NCBI GenBank assembly: GCA_963744145.1 | Contig: CAVUSO010000001.1 | Location: forward strand, 2,624,001 to 2,688,000 | From: an uncultured cyanobacterium | Lineage (GTDB): Bacteria; Cyanobacteriota; Cyanobacteriia; Cyanobacteriales; CAWUOF01 | Direction of reading: 5' to 3' | Length of the DNA: 64,000 nucleotides | Shown here: positions 41,480 through 51,789 of the stretch, piece after piece | Numbering within the stretch: position 1 is the stretch's first letter | Layout of the letters: every line of letters begins with the position of its first letter | Notes under the pieces: generated by a model | What the model was told of the DNA's origin: nothing | Database searches by the model: none | What the model saw: the letters and a program-made list of their open reading frames with translations, nothing else | Program-made: the position numbers and the translations under genes

Positions 41480-42060
41480 ATCCTCTCTTAAAAAACTATT
41501 GTGTGAGTGTCGAGTTTCCTGATGTCAGTGGTGCGGAGCATTTAGAAATGCTGCTAATTCGCGATCGCTTAACAAAGATTGAGTCTCAATTCACTGATGA
41601 AGAAAAAAACTTACTGACAAAAGCAGATCGTCTATTAGTTGAGAAAGCCAATGATTTTTATCAGGAATTATCGCGCTTTGTCAATTTAGCAGAGAGACGA
41701 AAAGCTCAAATGATCCCTCCTCAACGTTGGTGGTGGTATTTAGATGCAATCCAGGTTGTAAAAGGATTTTTAGCAAGCGATTATCCAGCAGCCGTTTGGG
41801 TGCGAGAAAGTCATAGTTCTCTAGCTGTTAGAGTACAACAGCGACTAGAAAATGAGGGATTGCCTCAAATTGTTGCATACTTAGAACAATGCTTAAGTAT
41901 TACCGATGAATTTGACAGACTTGGTGCTGCACAAAAGATTTTGGCTGGGAACTTGCTTAATGCCGATAATAATCGCAATTTAAGTGATAATAATGATTCA
42001 ATTGAGTTACTAGATTTAGCTGAAAGCTTGTTAGAGAAATTAGAAAAATTTCATCAATAA
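41476..42060 (+). CDS. Hypothetical protein, putative antitoxin/immunity domain plus shared C-terminal module
   Basis: Helical N-domain ending PPQRWWWYLD, followed by a module paralogous to the C-terminus of 40284-41030. Confidence 0.65.
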   Translation: MNPLLKNYCVSVEFPDVSGAEHLEMLLIRDRLTKIESQFTDEEKNLLTKADRLLVEKANDFYQELSRFVNLAERRKAQMIPPQRWWWYLDAIQVVKGFLASDYPAAVWVRESHSSLAVRVQQRLENEGLPQIVAYLEQCLSITDEFDRLGAAQKILAGNLLNADNNRNLSDNNDSIELLDLAESLLEKLEKFHQ

Positions 42061-42074
42061 AAAATACACTTTAT

Positions 42075-45000
42075 ATGGGAAAGAGATCGGATTATACTAG
42101 CAAAAAAACACAGAATTTACAGTCCCAAGAAGTATATCGCAAGTTAATTAAAGCGTTACTAAACTGTTCTGATGAGCAAAGACCTAAGATTTTTGATGCT
42201 CACCTAGAAATAATTGATACTGGATTTATCCAAACAATGGAACAGGTGGCATTTGAAATGGCTAAAGAAGGTGATGAAAGTGCTTCGTACTTTTTGAGAA
42301 ACTTTGCCGCACAGTTAGCTGCACAAACTGTTTGGATGGAGCTATTAAAAGCTACCTATAACAATAGTAATCGACAGCAAGTAGTCTATTCTATTTTGGA
42401 TGCTCACCAAGGTAAACTTAATAATAGTTTTGCTGAAGTAATAGAAAATTGGGCAATAGATACCTGGCCTATAATCTCGTTAGAGCAGGCAGTTGTTGTT
42501 GCGGGAACAATGATCATTTTCAGTGACTTGATTATGAAGTTTCCTAGAGGTAGCAAATCTGGCAATTTGGAAATTGCACTCACTTGCTGTCAAAGTGCCT
42601 TGCAAATTCTTACTAAAGAGGCTTTCCCTGAACTTTGGGCTATGGCTCAACAAAATTTAGGCAATGCTTACTGTAATCGCATCCGTGGAGACAGAGCAGA
42701 AAATATAGAACAAGCAATTAACTGCCATCAAAATGCTTTGCTAGTTCACAATTATGAAGCTTTTGTCTATGACTGGGCTAGTATTAAAATTGATCTGGGA
42801 AATGCCTATTATTTTAGAGTACGAGGTAAGCAAGCAGAAAACATTGAATTAAGTATTCACTCCTTCAATGATGCCTTACAAGTTTTGAATCAAAAAAAAT
42901 CCCCAGAACTATGGGCTATGGCTCAAAATAATTTGGCAAATAGTTACGGCTATCGTATCTTTGGAGATGTTGCAGAAAATATCGAACAATCGATCATTTG
43001 CTATGAAAATGCTTTGCAGGTCTACACTTTTAAAGCTTTTCCTGAATTATGGGCTATGGCTCAACAAAATTTAGCAGGTGCTTATGGGAAACGTCGCCGA
43101 GGCAACAAAGCAGATAATCAGGAACAGGCAATTTCTTGTTATGAAAATGCTCTACAAGTTTACACCCGCGAAGTTTTTCCAGAAATGTGGGCTTTGGTAC
43201 ATCGTAACTTAGTATGTACTTACTGCGAACGTATCTATGGAATACGAGCAGAAAATATAGAACGAGCTATAATCCACTGTAAAAATTCCTTACAGGTTCG
43301 TACTCGTGAAGCTTTTCCCCAAGATTGGGCTATGGCTCAAAATAGTTTAGCGAATGCTTACCTAGCTCGTATTTATGGAGAACGAATTGCTAACCTAGAA
43401 CAAGCATTTGCCTGTTACAATTATGCCTTACAGATCTATATTCGTGAAACTTTTCCAAATGATTGGGCTTTAATCCAGAGTAATTTAACAGTTGTATATA
43501 AAGAATTACAACAAATTTCAAAAGCCATTCAATCCGCCCAATTAGCTTTAGAAATTTATACCCCTACTTCAAATCCTTTGGAGTGCTTCAGAACTGGATG
43601 CAATCTTGGTATAATTGCCTTCACCGATAAAAGATGGTCTGAAGCTATTATGGGATTTAGTGTAGCTATTGAAGCAGTCGAAACTAATCGTAGTTGGACA
43701 ACTTCTGAATCTCGCCGTCAACAAATTTTGGAAGAAGCTAATATTATCTATATGCGGATGGTGCAAGCTTGTATTAATGCTAGTCAACTAGATAAAGCAA
43801 TTGAAACTGTCGAACGTTCCCGGTCTAAAAGTCTTGTAGACTTAATGGCAAGTAATGACCTTTACTCTGGGGGCAATATACCTTCGGAAGTGCAAGAATT
43901 ATTGCGGCACTATGAAGACTTACAAAAGCAAATTGACTCTGAACTTTTTTCCAATAATTCTGATATTAACCGAGAATTTAGGGAAGTAGAAAGTAGCATT
44001 CAGAAACGTGCTGCTTTTCAAGCTTACAATGAAGCGATCGCCACCCTAGAGATCCAAAAAACTAAAGTCTTTGAACAAATCAGAAAATTAGACCCTGTGC
44101 TTGCAGGTGGAATTCAAGTTAGCGTTATCAGATTTGACCAGATGCAGAGACTCATTGATCAACCAAATACTGCTATTCTGAGTTTCTATACCACTACCGA
44201 AAACACTTATATCTTTGTTCTACGGCAAAATCAGTCAACTCCCTATCTGCATACTTGTATAGGACAAGGAATAGAAACATTACAAAATAAGATTTCTCTC
44301 AATTGGTCGCAGCCATATCTTAAAGATAAAAGCACTTGGCAGTCTCAGCTAAATGATTTCTTGGCTGAACTAGCTCAACGTCTGCAAATCGATAACCTGA
44401 TTGACCACTATCTCCAAGGTATTGAAGAACTAATTTTAGTACCTCATCTTTTATTGCACCAAATTCCTCTTGCAGCTTTACCGATTCAGGATACTGAACA
44501 TTCCTATCTGGGTGACAAATTCCAAATTCGCTATGTCCCCAGTTGCCAAGTTCTAGAATTCTGTCAAGAACGAGAACACCAACACCCAATTGGAGATTCT
44601 CTTCAGTATGGTGTCATTGCAAATGCTACGGAAGACCTGCCCTGTGCCAGTTTTGAAGCGGAGAAAATTGCTAATCTATTCAACATCCCTAAAAGCCAAA
44701 TTTTGCAAGGTCGCAGTGAAGCCACAAAAAATAACTATCGTCAGTTAGCTTCAAAAGTTCAGGTGCTACACTCCTGTCACCATGCCGAATCTCGTCTTGA
44801 TAAACCATTAGAATCAATACTAAAACTGGCAGATGAGACTCTGACACTGGGAGAACTGCTGACTCCAGGTTGGCGATTCCCGAACCTATCAGATGTATGT
44901 CTTTCCTGCTGTGAAACAGGTTTGGGAATACCCAAATCTCTATCCGATGAAATTATGACGCTCTCAACAGGTTTTTTATGTGCTGGGGCAAGAAGTGTTA

Positions 45001-45353
45001 TCAGTACCCTATGGTCAGTAGATGACTTGGCTACAGCCCTGTTTTTTATTTTCTACTATCAGAATCGACAACAAGGTAAAACCAGACCACAAGCTTTGCA
45101 GTATGCACAGAAGGAATTGCGATCGCTTACCCAAGAATATATCAACAAACTATATTTAGAAATAAAAGAAAAGTGTCAAAATGCTAGAAAAAACCGCAAT
45201 CAATATCCAGATGACTATTTAAAATGGAATACTGAATATCGCAAGTATGCCGCAGTGAGACTTGCCATTAACAAAGTGCTTGAAACTCGCGACAATAAAC
45301 CTTTCTCACATCCTAGATACTGGGCAGCATTCACCTGTTCCGGTTTGCGCTAA
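42075..45353 (+). CDS. TPR-repeat CHAT-domain (caspase/separase-like) protease
   Basis: ~40-aa repeats FPELWAMAQxNL..AY..RI.G..AENIEQAI; CHAT motifs LILVPHLLLHQIPL, VLHSCHH (His), LSCCETG (Cys), AGARSVISTLWSVDD, HPRYWAAF. Confidence 0.93.
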   Translation: MGKRSDYTSKKTQNLQSQEVYRKLIKALLNCSDEQRPKIFDAHLEIIDTGFIQTMEQVAFEMAKEGDESASYFLRNFAAQLAAQTVWMELLKATYNNSNRQQVVYSILDAHQGKLNNSFAEVIENWAIDTWPIISLEQAVVVAGTMIIFSDLIMKFPRGSKSGNLEIALTCCQSALQILTKEAFPELWAMAQQNLGNAYCNRIRGDRAENIEQAINCHQNALLVHNYEAFVYDWASIKIDLGNAYYFRVRGKQAENIELSIHSFNDALQVLNQKKSPELWAMAQNNLANSYGYRIFGDVAENIEQSIICYENALQVYTFKAFPELWAMAQQNLAGAYGKRRRGNKADNQEQAISCYENALQVYTREVFPEMWALVHRNLVCTYCERIYGIRAENIERAIIHCKNSLQVRTREAFPQDWAMAQNSLANAYLARIYGERIANLEQAFACYNYALQIYIRETFPNDWALIQSNLTVVYKELQQISKAIQSAQLALEIYTPTSNPLECFRTGCNLGIIAFTDKRWSEAIMGFSVAIEAVETNRSWTTSESRRQQILEEANIIYMRMVQACINASQLDKAIETVERSRSKSLVDLMASNDLYSGGNIPSEVQELLRHYEDLQKQIDSELFSNNSDINREFREVESSIQKRAAFQAYNEAIATLEIQKTKVFEQIRKLDPVLAGGIQVSVIRFDQMQRLIDQPNTAILSFYTTTENTYIFVLRQNQSTPYLHTCIGQGIETLQNKISLNWSQPYLKDKSTWQSQLNDFLAELAQRLQIDNLIDHYLQGIEELILVPHLLLHQIPLAALPIQDTEHSYLGDKFQIRYVPSCQVLEFCQEREHQHPIGDSLQYGVIANATEDLPCASFEAEKIANLFNIPKSQILQGRSEATKNNYRQLASKVQVLHSCHHAESRLDKPLESILKLADETLTLGELLTPGWRFPNLSDVCLSCCETGLGIPKSLSDEIMTLSTGFLCAGARSVISTLWSVDDLATALFFIFYYQNRQQGKTRPQALQYAQKELRSLTQEYINKLYLEIKEKCQNARKNRNQYPDDYLKWNTEYRKYAAVRLAINKVLETRDNKPFSHPRYWAAFTCSGLR

Positions 45354-45366
45354 AAGCAATATTTGT

Positions 45367-46155
45367 TTAAGTTAATTCTCCCCGAAAAACTGTCACTGCT
45401 TGTCCACCTAAATATATCCGATCGCTAACATTACGAACTCTTACTATCCCTCCCCGTGAGGATGCTTGATAAGCTAAAAATTCATTTTTATTTAATCGCT
45501 CACTCCAGAACGGACCTAAACAACAATGAGCTGAACCGGTCACAGGATCTTCATTAACACCTGCGATCGGAGCAAAAAACCGTGAGACAAAATCATACTC
45601 AGATGAACTGGCTAAACTCGTAACAATTATACCGCGTACTGGTAGAGTTTTTAGTAACCCAAAATCTGGCTGAATTTGGCGAACTATTTCTTCTGACTCA
45701 ACTTCAACTAAATAGTCAAATTGGTTCTTCCCGACGGTGTTGATTTTTACTCCTAAAGCTGTCGCTAATTGCTCTGGTGCAGTACAAATTATTGGTGGTT
45801 TAGCGGGAAAATTCATTTCGATCCAATCACCTTGTTTTGTCGCACTAAGTAAACCACTCCGAGTATAAAATCTGGCTACTGTTTCTGGGTTTAAATAGGA
45901 TAATTCCCATAAAACATGAGCGCTAGCTAGAGTAGCATGACCACAGAGATCCACTTCTACAGTCGGAGTAAACCAGCGGAGATTAAACCCATCATCTTGC
46001 GGAACTAAAAACGCTGTTTCTGATAGGTTCATTTCCTGTGCTACATTCTGCATCCATTCTGGAGTTGCGGGTTCCTTTAAAATGCAAACTGCGGCTGGAT
46101 TACCGCTAAAAACTTGATTGGTAAAAGCATCTACTTGAATTAATATTGTACCCAT
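45367..46155 (-). CDS. PhzF-family isomerase
   Basis: QVDAFT, GNPAAV, NLSETAF, EVDLCGHATLA, EDPVTGSAH. Confidence 0.93.
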   Translation of the reverse strand: MGTILIQVDAFTNQVFSGNPAAVCILKEPATPEWMQNVAQEMNLSETAFLVPQDDGFNLRWFTPTVEVDLCGHATLASAHVLWELSYLNPETVARFYTRSGLLSATKQGDWIEMNFPAKPPIICTAPEQLATALGVKINTVGKNQFDYLVEVESEEIVRQIQPDFGLLKTLPVRGIIVTSLASSSEYDFVSRFFAPIAGVNEDPVTGSAHCCLGPFWSERLNKNEFLAYQASSRGGIVRVRNVSDRIYLGGQAVTVFRGELT

Positions 46156-46172
46156 AACTGAATATTTGTGGA

Positions 46173-46721
46173 TTATCTTTTTAAAATTAACTCTGATAAA
46201 ATTAAGGCAATATTCCAAGCATCATCTGATCCGCGATGGTGAATACCTTCGGGAACTAACCCTAATAACTCCATTGCTTCTAACATTCCTACTTCCTGGG
46301 GCCAAGCATGAATAACTGCAAACAAGTTTTTCACATTAATATGACTATAGCCAAAAGGATAACTAATATTTCGGCTGTGACATTGTTTTTCAAATTGCTG
46401 TCGATCGTAGTCTCCATAACTAGCCCAAACTCGATCTTTAGAAAAATATTTATTTCGCAAAATTGAACAAGCATTAGCAAAACTAAGACCTTGATCAACA
46501 TCTTTCTGGGTTAATGTGGTCAGTTCCGTACAAAAATTACTGACCTTTGAACGTTCTGGTTTGACTAAAATACTTCTTTTTTCCAGCCGCTTTCCTGACG
46601 CAATATCTACTGGACAAATCCCAATCTCAATAATCTCACTTTCCTGCCCCATCGGAGGATTGCCTTGCCAGCAAGTTGATTCTACATCAATGACAATAAT
46701 CTGATCTAGTTTTTTAGCCAT
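46173..46721 (-). CDS. DEDDh 3'-5' exonuclease
   Basis: IDVESTC, EIIEIG, YGDYD, HHRGSDDA. Confidence 0.9.
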   Translation of the reverse strand: MAKKLDQIIVIDVESTCWQGNPPMGQESEIIEIGICPVDIASGKRLEKRSILVKPERSKVSNFCTELTTLTQKDVDQGLSFANACSILRNKYFSKDRVWASYGDYDRQQFEKQCHSRNISYPFGYSHINVKNLFAVIHAWPQEVGMLEAMELLGLVPEGIHHRGSDDAWNIALILSELILKR

Positions 46722-46817
46722 GCTTACCTCAATAATGAAATCATGCCACATCGATTTTCTTTGGCTCCAAAACTAACAAATTTATCTTGTGAGCAAATTC
46801 AGCGATCGGATTTTTTT

Positions 46818-48218
46818 CTAATGGTTGGGAGAATCGCAATCAGGAAGTCCGGAAACAAGTTCAGCCCGAAGTTGTTCCACAACTTGGTCTAGTTCGACTG
46901 CGTGGGAAGCTTTGAATAAAAGGCGATCGCCCGGTTGGACAAACTCTTTTAAGCGCTGCACTAATGATGGACGAACATGATCAACATCTAGCTCATAGAT
47001 TTCGATCAAGGGTAATCCTGTAGCACCAGTGGCCATAGCTTGAGCTTCAGCCCGATCGGCTATAATAAATAAAGCATCAAGTTGGAGCTGTTGAGCATAA
47101 GTTCCCACCTGTTGATGAAACTCGCTAGATCGCTCACCTAATTCCTTCATCGTCCCCAAGATCGCCAGATGACGTTTACCTGGAGCTTGGACTAACAGGT
47201 CTAAGGCTGCTAACATTGATTCTCGGCCAGCATTATAGGTTTCATCCAGAATCACAATATCATTAGCTAATTCATAACGCTGCGATCGCCCTGGTGGCAT
47301 TGGCACCGTAATACCCTGACTTAATGGTTCCCAGCTTACTTGCAGAACTTGCGCTACAGCTAAAGCGGCTAAGTAATTGAGAGCATTATGACGACCTGGT
47401 AGCGGTAAGGGCAACTCTACCCCATCTACTTGTAAAATATTTTGATCAATCAAAGTCCCTTGGAGATCACCACCTGCTAAACCATAAGTTACGGTTTTTC
47501 CTGACCAAACCCTAGCCGCAGTATCAATTAATCTTTGGTTATCCTGATTGAGAATCGCGGTTTGACTAGAAGACATTTCCGCTAATAATTCACATTTAGC
47601 TTCAGCGATCGCTGCTTCTGAACCCAGTAATTCAATATGTGCTGTCCCGACATTCGTAATTAAGCCGATGGTCGGTTCAGCAATTTGGGTCAGGATCGCT
47701 ATTTGACCCCGACCTCGCATGGCCATCTCAATCACGGCATAATCATGTTCTGGTGTTAGTTCCAGCAGAGTTTTGGGCACTCCTATTTCATTATTGTAAT
47801 TAGCGTAAGTCTTCAGAACAGCACCTTTTGTGCCCAAAACTGCGGCAATTAGTTCTTTAGTCGTAGTTTTACCAACCGAACCAGTTACAGCGATCACCGG
47901 AATCGAGAATTGACGACGCCACCAATTAGCGATATTTTGATAAGCCGCTAGGGTATCTTTGACAATGAATTGTGGAACTTTAATTGATAGGAGATGGTCA
48001 GTAATGACAGCGATCGCCCCTTGATCAATGGCGGTGCTCACAAATTTATGGCCATCAAACCGTTCTCCTCGAAGTGCCACAAATACTTCACCAGGTTGAA
48101 GACTACGACTATCAGTAGCAACTCCAGTAGCGACCAGCTGCATCTGATCATCAGAACAATTCACTGGGGTAGTTTTCAGGATTTGGATGAGTTGAGCTAG
48201 AAGTAAATGACAGGACAT
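46818..48218 (-). CDS. murF: UDP-N-acetylmuramoyl-tripeptide--D-Ala-D-Ala ligase
   Basis: TDSR, GERFDGH, TGSVGKTTTKE, NNEIGVP, DETYNA, GTMKELG, KASH. Confidence 0.97.
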   Translation of the reverse strand: MSCHLLLAQLIQILKTTPVNCSDDQMQLVATGVATDSRSLQPGEVFVALRGERFDGHKFVSTAIDQGAIAVITDHLLSIKVPQFIVKDTLAAYQNIANWWRRQFSIPVIAVTGSVGKTTTKELIAAVLGTKGAVLKTYANYNNEIGVPKTLLELTPEHDYAVIEMAMRGRGQIAILTQIAEPTIGLITNVGTAHIELLGSEAAIAEAKCELLAEMSSSQTAILNQDNQRLIDTAARVWSGKTVTYGLAGGDLQGTLIDQNILQVDGVELPLPLPGRHNALNYLAALAVAQVLQVSWEPLSQGITVPMPPGRSQRYELANDIVILDETYNAGRESMLAALDLLVQAPGKRHLAILGTMKELGERSSEFHQQVGTYAQQLQLDALFIIADRAEAQAMATGATGLPLIEIYELDVDHVRPSLVQRLKEFVQPGDRLLFKASHAVELDQVVEQLRAELVSGLPDCDSPNH

Positions 48219-48854
48219 GCTGAAAGATTCTATTTAATAAGGCCATCTAAGGTTATTATCCCAAGTAGGGAACTTTTGGATTACTTATTTTCCTCGTCTT
48301 CAGCAAATTTCTTTTGATCACAGTCCTGATTGGGTCTAGATGAGTTATTCATCTCCGGGATCACGATCTTGCTATCATCAGTATAAACACTGATATCTTT
48401 ATGAAAAGTTTAAAAATCCGATGGAAGTCTTTGGCTATTCTTTAAACAAGGAGATTGCTAATGTTGTAACCTTAAAAGTGTAGACCAAAGGGAATTTTTT
48501 GCTATTATTGATTAAGTCAGCAATGGCCACAAGCAGCTAACCTAAGGGGACGGGTAAAAATGAGCAAAAAAGACTAGAACTAAGTAGTCAAATTGTTTTT
48601 TCCCAGTTTAAGTGTTATAAAACACTGGTGTTAGATGATAAAAATCACATAGCAAGTTGATTAAAACAGTTAGACTTCAGTGAAATACGTTATGTAGAGG
48701 ACAAGAAAGAGGAAAATTTAAAACCTATGAAAATTGGTATGTTGATTAGCGGATCTCAGAATAATTAGCAGCAGCTAAAAAAAAGTTGGTTAGGAGTTTA
48801 AGTAAACAGGAGTAGCCTCACTTGGCTCTAAAAAGTGAGCAGGGGGTACAAAAA

Positions 48855-50154
48855 ATGAAACCTTTAACAGAACGTTACCATCGCCATACAATTGGCCCGG
48901 AAGAACAACTAATTTATGACCACTTCCTCGGTTTAGTGGAAGCAGAAGCACCCTCTCAAGTTCTAGAGCGGTTCCATAACTTATTTATCGAAGGTACAGG
49001 CTATCAAGACCAAAAGATTGTAGCAGCTTTAGAGAAGATTACCGCATCAACTCAAGCTGAACAAGAGTTTAGGTTTTTCGTTAATCGTTGCTGTCATATT
49101 TTAATTAACCGTTGGCAAATGCACCCACAAATGGCTGGGTCACTTGTTGATTTAGTAAATTTATTTGAAAAATCGGGTAACAGATTAGGAGGAGCAACTT
49201 GGACGTCCTCGTACTGCGAGACGTTTGCACGAACTAGTTCAAGGTTTTGTCCAAAGTGAGCAGTATCTAACGATTAAACGTTTGGCCACAGTAATCAATC
49301 AAGGGGTAGAAGCAGCTAATAATCCCACTAACAAACCATTGGGTACATTAATTCGCCGCTATCCCTATTTATACGCCCATTGTTTACTGAATGAAGATAG
49401 TGCCTACGAACATCAACAAACCGTGCGGCAGATTCAAGCCCAAGTCCAGCGGCAATATGAAATCAATTTGTCGCAATATGTAACATATCAAGTCAGACGA
49501 TCAGCGCGAGTGAATCGCAACAGTGTCAACCCACCACCAGGGCAAATTATCCAAACTATCAACAATCCTACCCTGTTGAGCGATCGGGAGTTATTCTCAG
49601 CGATTAAGCAATTTGTCGGCAAAGCAGAAGGTCCCTATAGTTACCGAGACTTAGCCCAACGCTTCATCACCCATTCCAGTCAAACCAACTCATTTGGAGC
49701 ATTTAAAGACGATCTATATGAATATTTAACATCTTCTGTCGATCCAGCCTATGGCAAAAGACAGTTTAACGATCGCTTATATAAACAATTACAAACCACC
49801 TTACCTCAGAGCGACTCACAAAAGTTAAGTGACTTCCTGATTGTGAGGACTTGTAGTCAGCTTTTAAACTTTGTAGTTGTCGATAATCCCCAAAAGCCAA
49901 ATCACTTTGTCTTCATTGACTTAATGACAAATTTAGGTGCAACTCTCACCACTGGTTTATTAATCAAAATTGTCCTAATTTGTCGGAAAGTCAAACCATA
50001 TCTAGAAAAGAGATTCTCGATTTTGTTTGATCATTATGAAACTCATACAGGAGATTCAATCAATTGGCTAGTTAAAGGACTAGAAAACTTAAATATAGCC
50101 CTGAGTATTCATTTTGGCTCTTTAGATTTGTCTTTTATGAGTAAAGTTGCTTAG
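48855..50154 (+). CDS. Conserved cyanobacterial hypothetical protein, frameshifted near 49180-49225
   Basis: ORFs 48822-49259 and 49225-50154 read as one protein (EEQLIYDH…NRCCHILINRW…RRLHELV…LIRRYPYLY…LEKRFSILF). Confidence 0.7.
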
Positions 50155-50293
50155 GACTTCTCAGTAATCTTACTTAATTTTCCGAGGTGGCCAAATTTTC
50201 AATTCTTAATCTATTCCTGTTCCCAACTAAAATCAAAACAGCACCTGGTGAGGTGAATCGTCAAGATCAAAGCGGTTAACAGGAGATCCACCA

Positions 50294-51785
50294 TTGACAG
50301 AGCCGTTACCTGACCCTAACCCAAGACCAAACAATTTACCTACCCTACCTTCCAATGTCACCGTTGGAGAAACAGGATGGGAAAATTTAGTTTTGAGTTT
50401 TGAAGATATTCAGGCAGAATTAAATTATAAACAAGCCAAAGATTCCCTGCGTGAAATCGTGGGTAATTTGGACTTAACTCCCCAAGAACGAACTGGGTTA
50501 GAACCTGTAATTGGGAGTTTAGCAATTATGCTCGACAAACTAGAACGTTCTGTCGTGCAAATTGCTGTATTTGGTATGGTAGGACGGGGGAAATCCTCAA
50601 TTCTGAATGCTTTACTTGGTCAACCAATCTTTGAGACTGGACCATTGCATGGTGTGACCCGTACAGCTCAGGTGGGAGAGTGGGCTGTAAATACCCTGAG
50701 CGAATCTGCAACTAACTCCCAGTCAGCAATTTCCTATCGATTATCCCAAATCGAACTAATTGATACTCCAGGAATTGATGAAGTAGATGGTCAAAGTCGG
50801 GAAGAATTAGCCCGTCAGGTAGCTAAACAGGTAGATTTAATTTTGTTTGTTGTGGCTGGGGATATTACTAAGGTAGAGTATGATGCTCTTTCCCTGATGC
50901 GGAATGCAGGTAAGCCAATTTTACTGGTATTTAATAAAATTGACCAATATCCAGATGCCGATCGACAGGCAATTTATGAAAAAATTCGGGATGAGCGAGT
51001 CCGAGAACTACTTTCTCCCGATGAAATTGTGATGGCTGCTGCTTCTCCGGTCGTAGCGAGAGCTACTCGTAGAGCAGATGGGACGATGGGGGTACAGTTA
51101 AGTCGAGGAAAACCCCAAATTGAAGATTTAAAGCTGAAGATTTTGGAAATTTTAGACCGAGAAGGAAAATCTTTAGTAGCTCTCAATAGTATGCTTTATG
51201 CGGGTGATGTGAATGAGCAATTAGTCCAACGCAAAATGCTGATTCGTTCTAGTAGTGCTAATCAGGTGATTTGGAATGCGGTGATGACTAAAGCTGTCGC
51301 GATCGCTCTTAATCCGATTACTGCGCTTGATCTGCTCAGTGGTGCGGTGATTGATGTTGCCATGATCTTGACATTATCAAAGCTTTATGGTATATCGATG
51401 ACCGAACAGGGAGCATTAGCACTGTTGCAAAAAATCGCGATCGGGATGGGTGGGATTAGTGCTAGTGAACTACTCGCAACTCTGGGATTAAGTTCTTTGA
51501 AGGGAATTTTGGGGTTAGCAACACCTGTAACTGGTGGTTTATCTTTAGGTGCTTATATTTCAGTAGCTTTAACTCAAGCTGGTGTAGCAGGAGTTTCTTG
51601 TTATGGAATTGGTCAAGTGACTAAAGCTTATTTAGCTAATGGTGCATCCTGGGGACCGGATTGGACCGAAAGCTGTCGTTAGTCAAATTCTCGCTACTCT
51701 AGATGAAACATCAATTCTGAGTCGGATTAAGGATGAACTGTGGGAAAAATTAGATGTCAATGCGGTTAGAAGGAAATCTTCGTAA
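50294..51785 (+). CDS. Era-like GTP-binding protein with DUF697 C-terminus; frameshift at ~51661
   Basis: GMVGRGKSS, DTPG, NKID; removing one T in GAT-T-GGA restores DGPKAVVSQILATLDETSILSRIK…* ending at 51785. Confidence 0.85.
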
Positions 51786-51789
51786 AGAA

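Noticed and set aside
48219..48850. 630-bp intergenic region as possible sRNA or SigF/SigJ promoter
   Set aside because: Only short GGGTA/GGGAA matches and no convincing structure; cannot be supported from sequence alone
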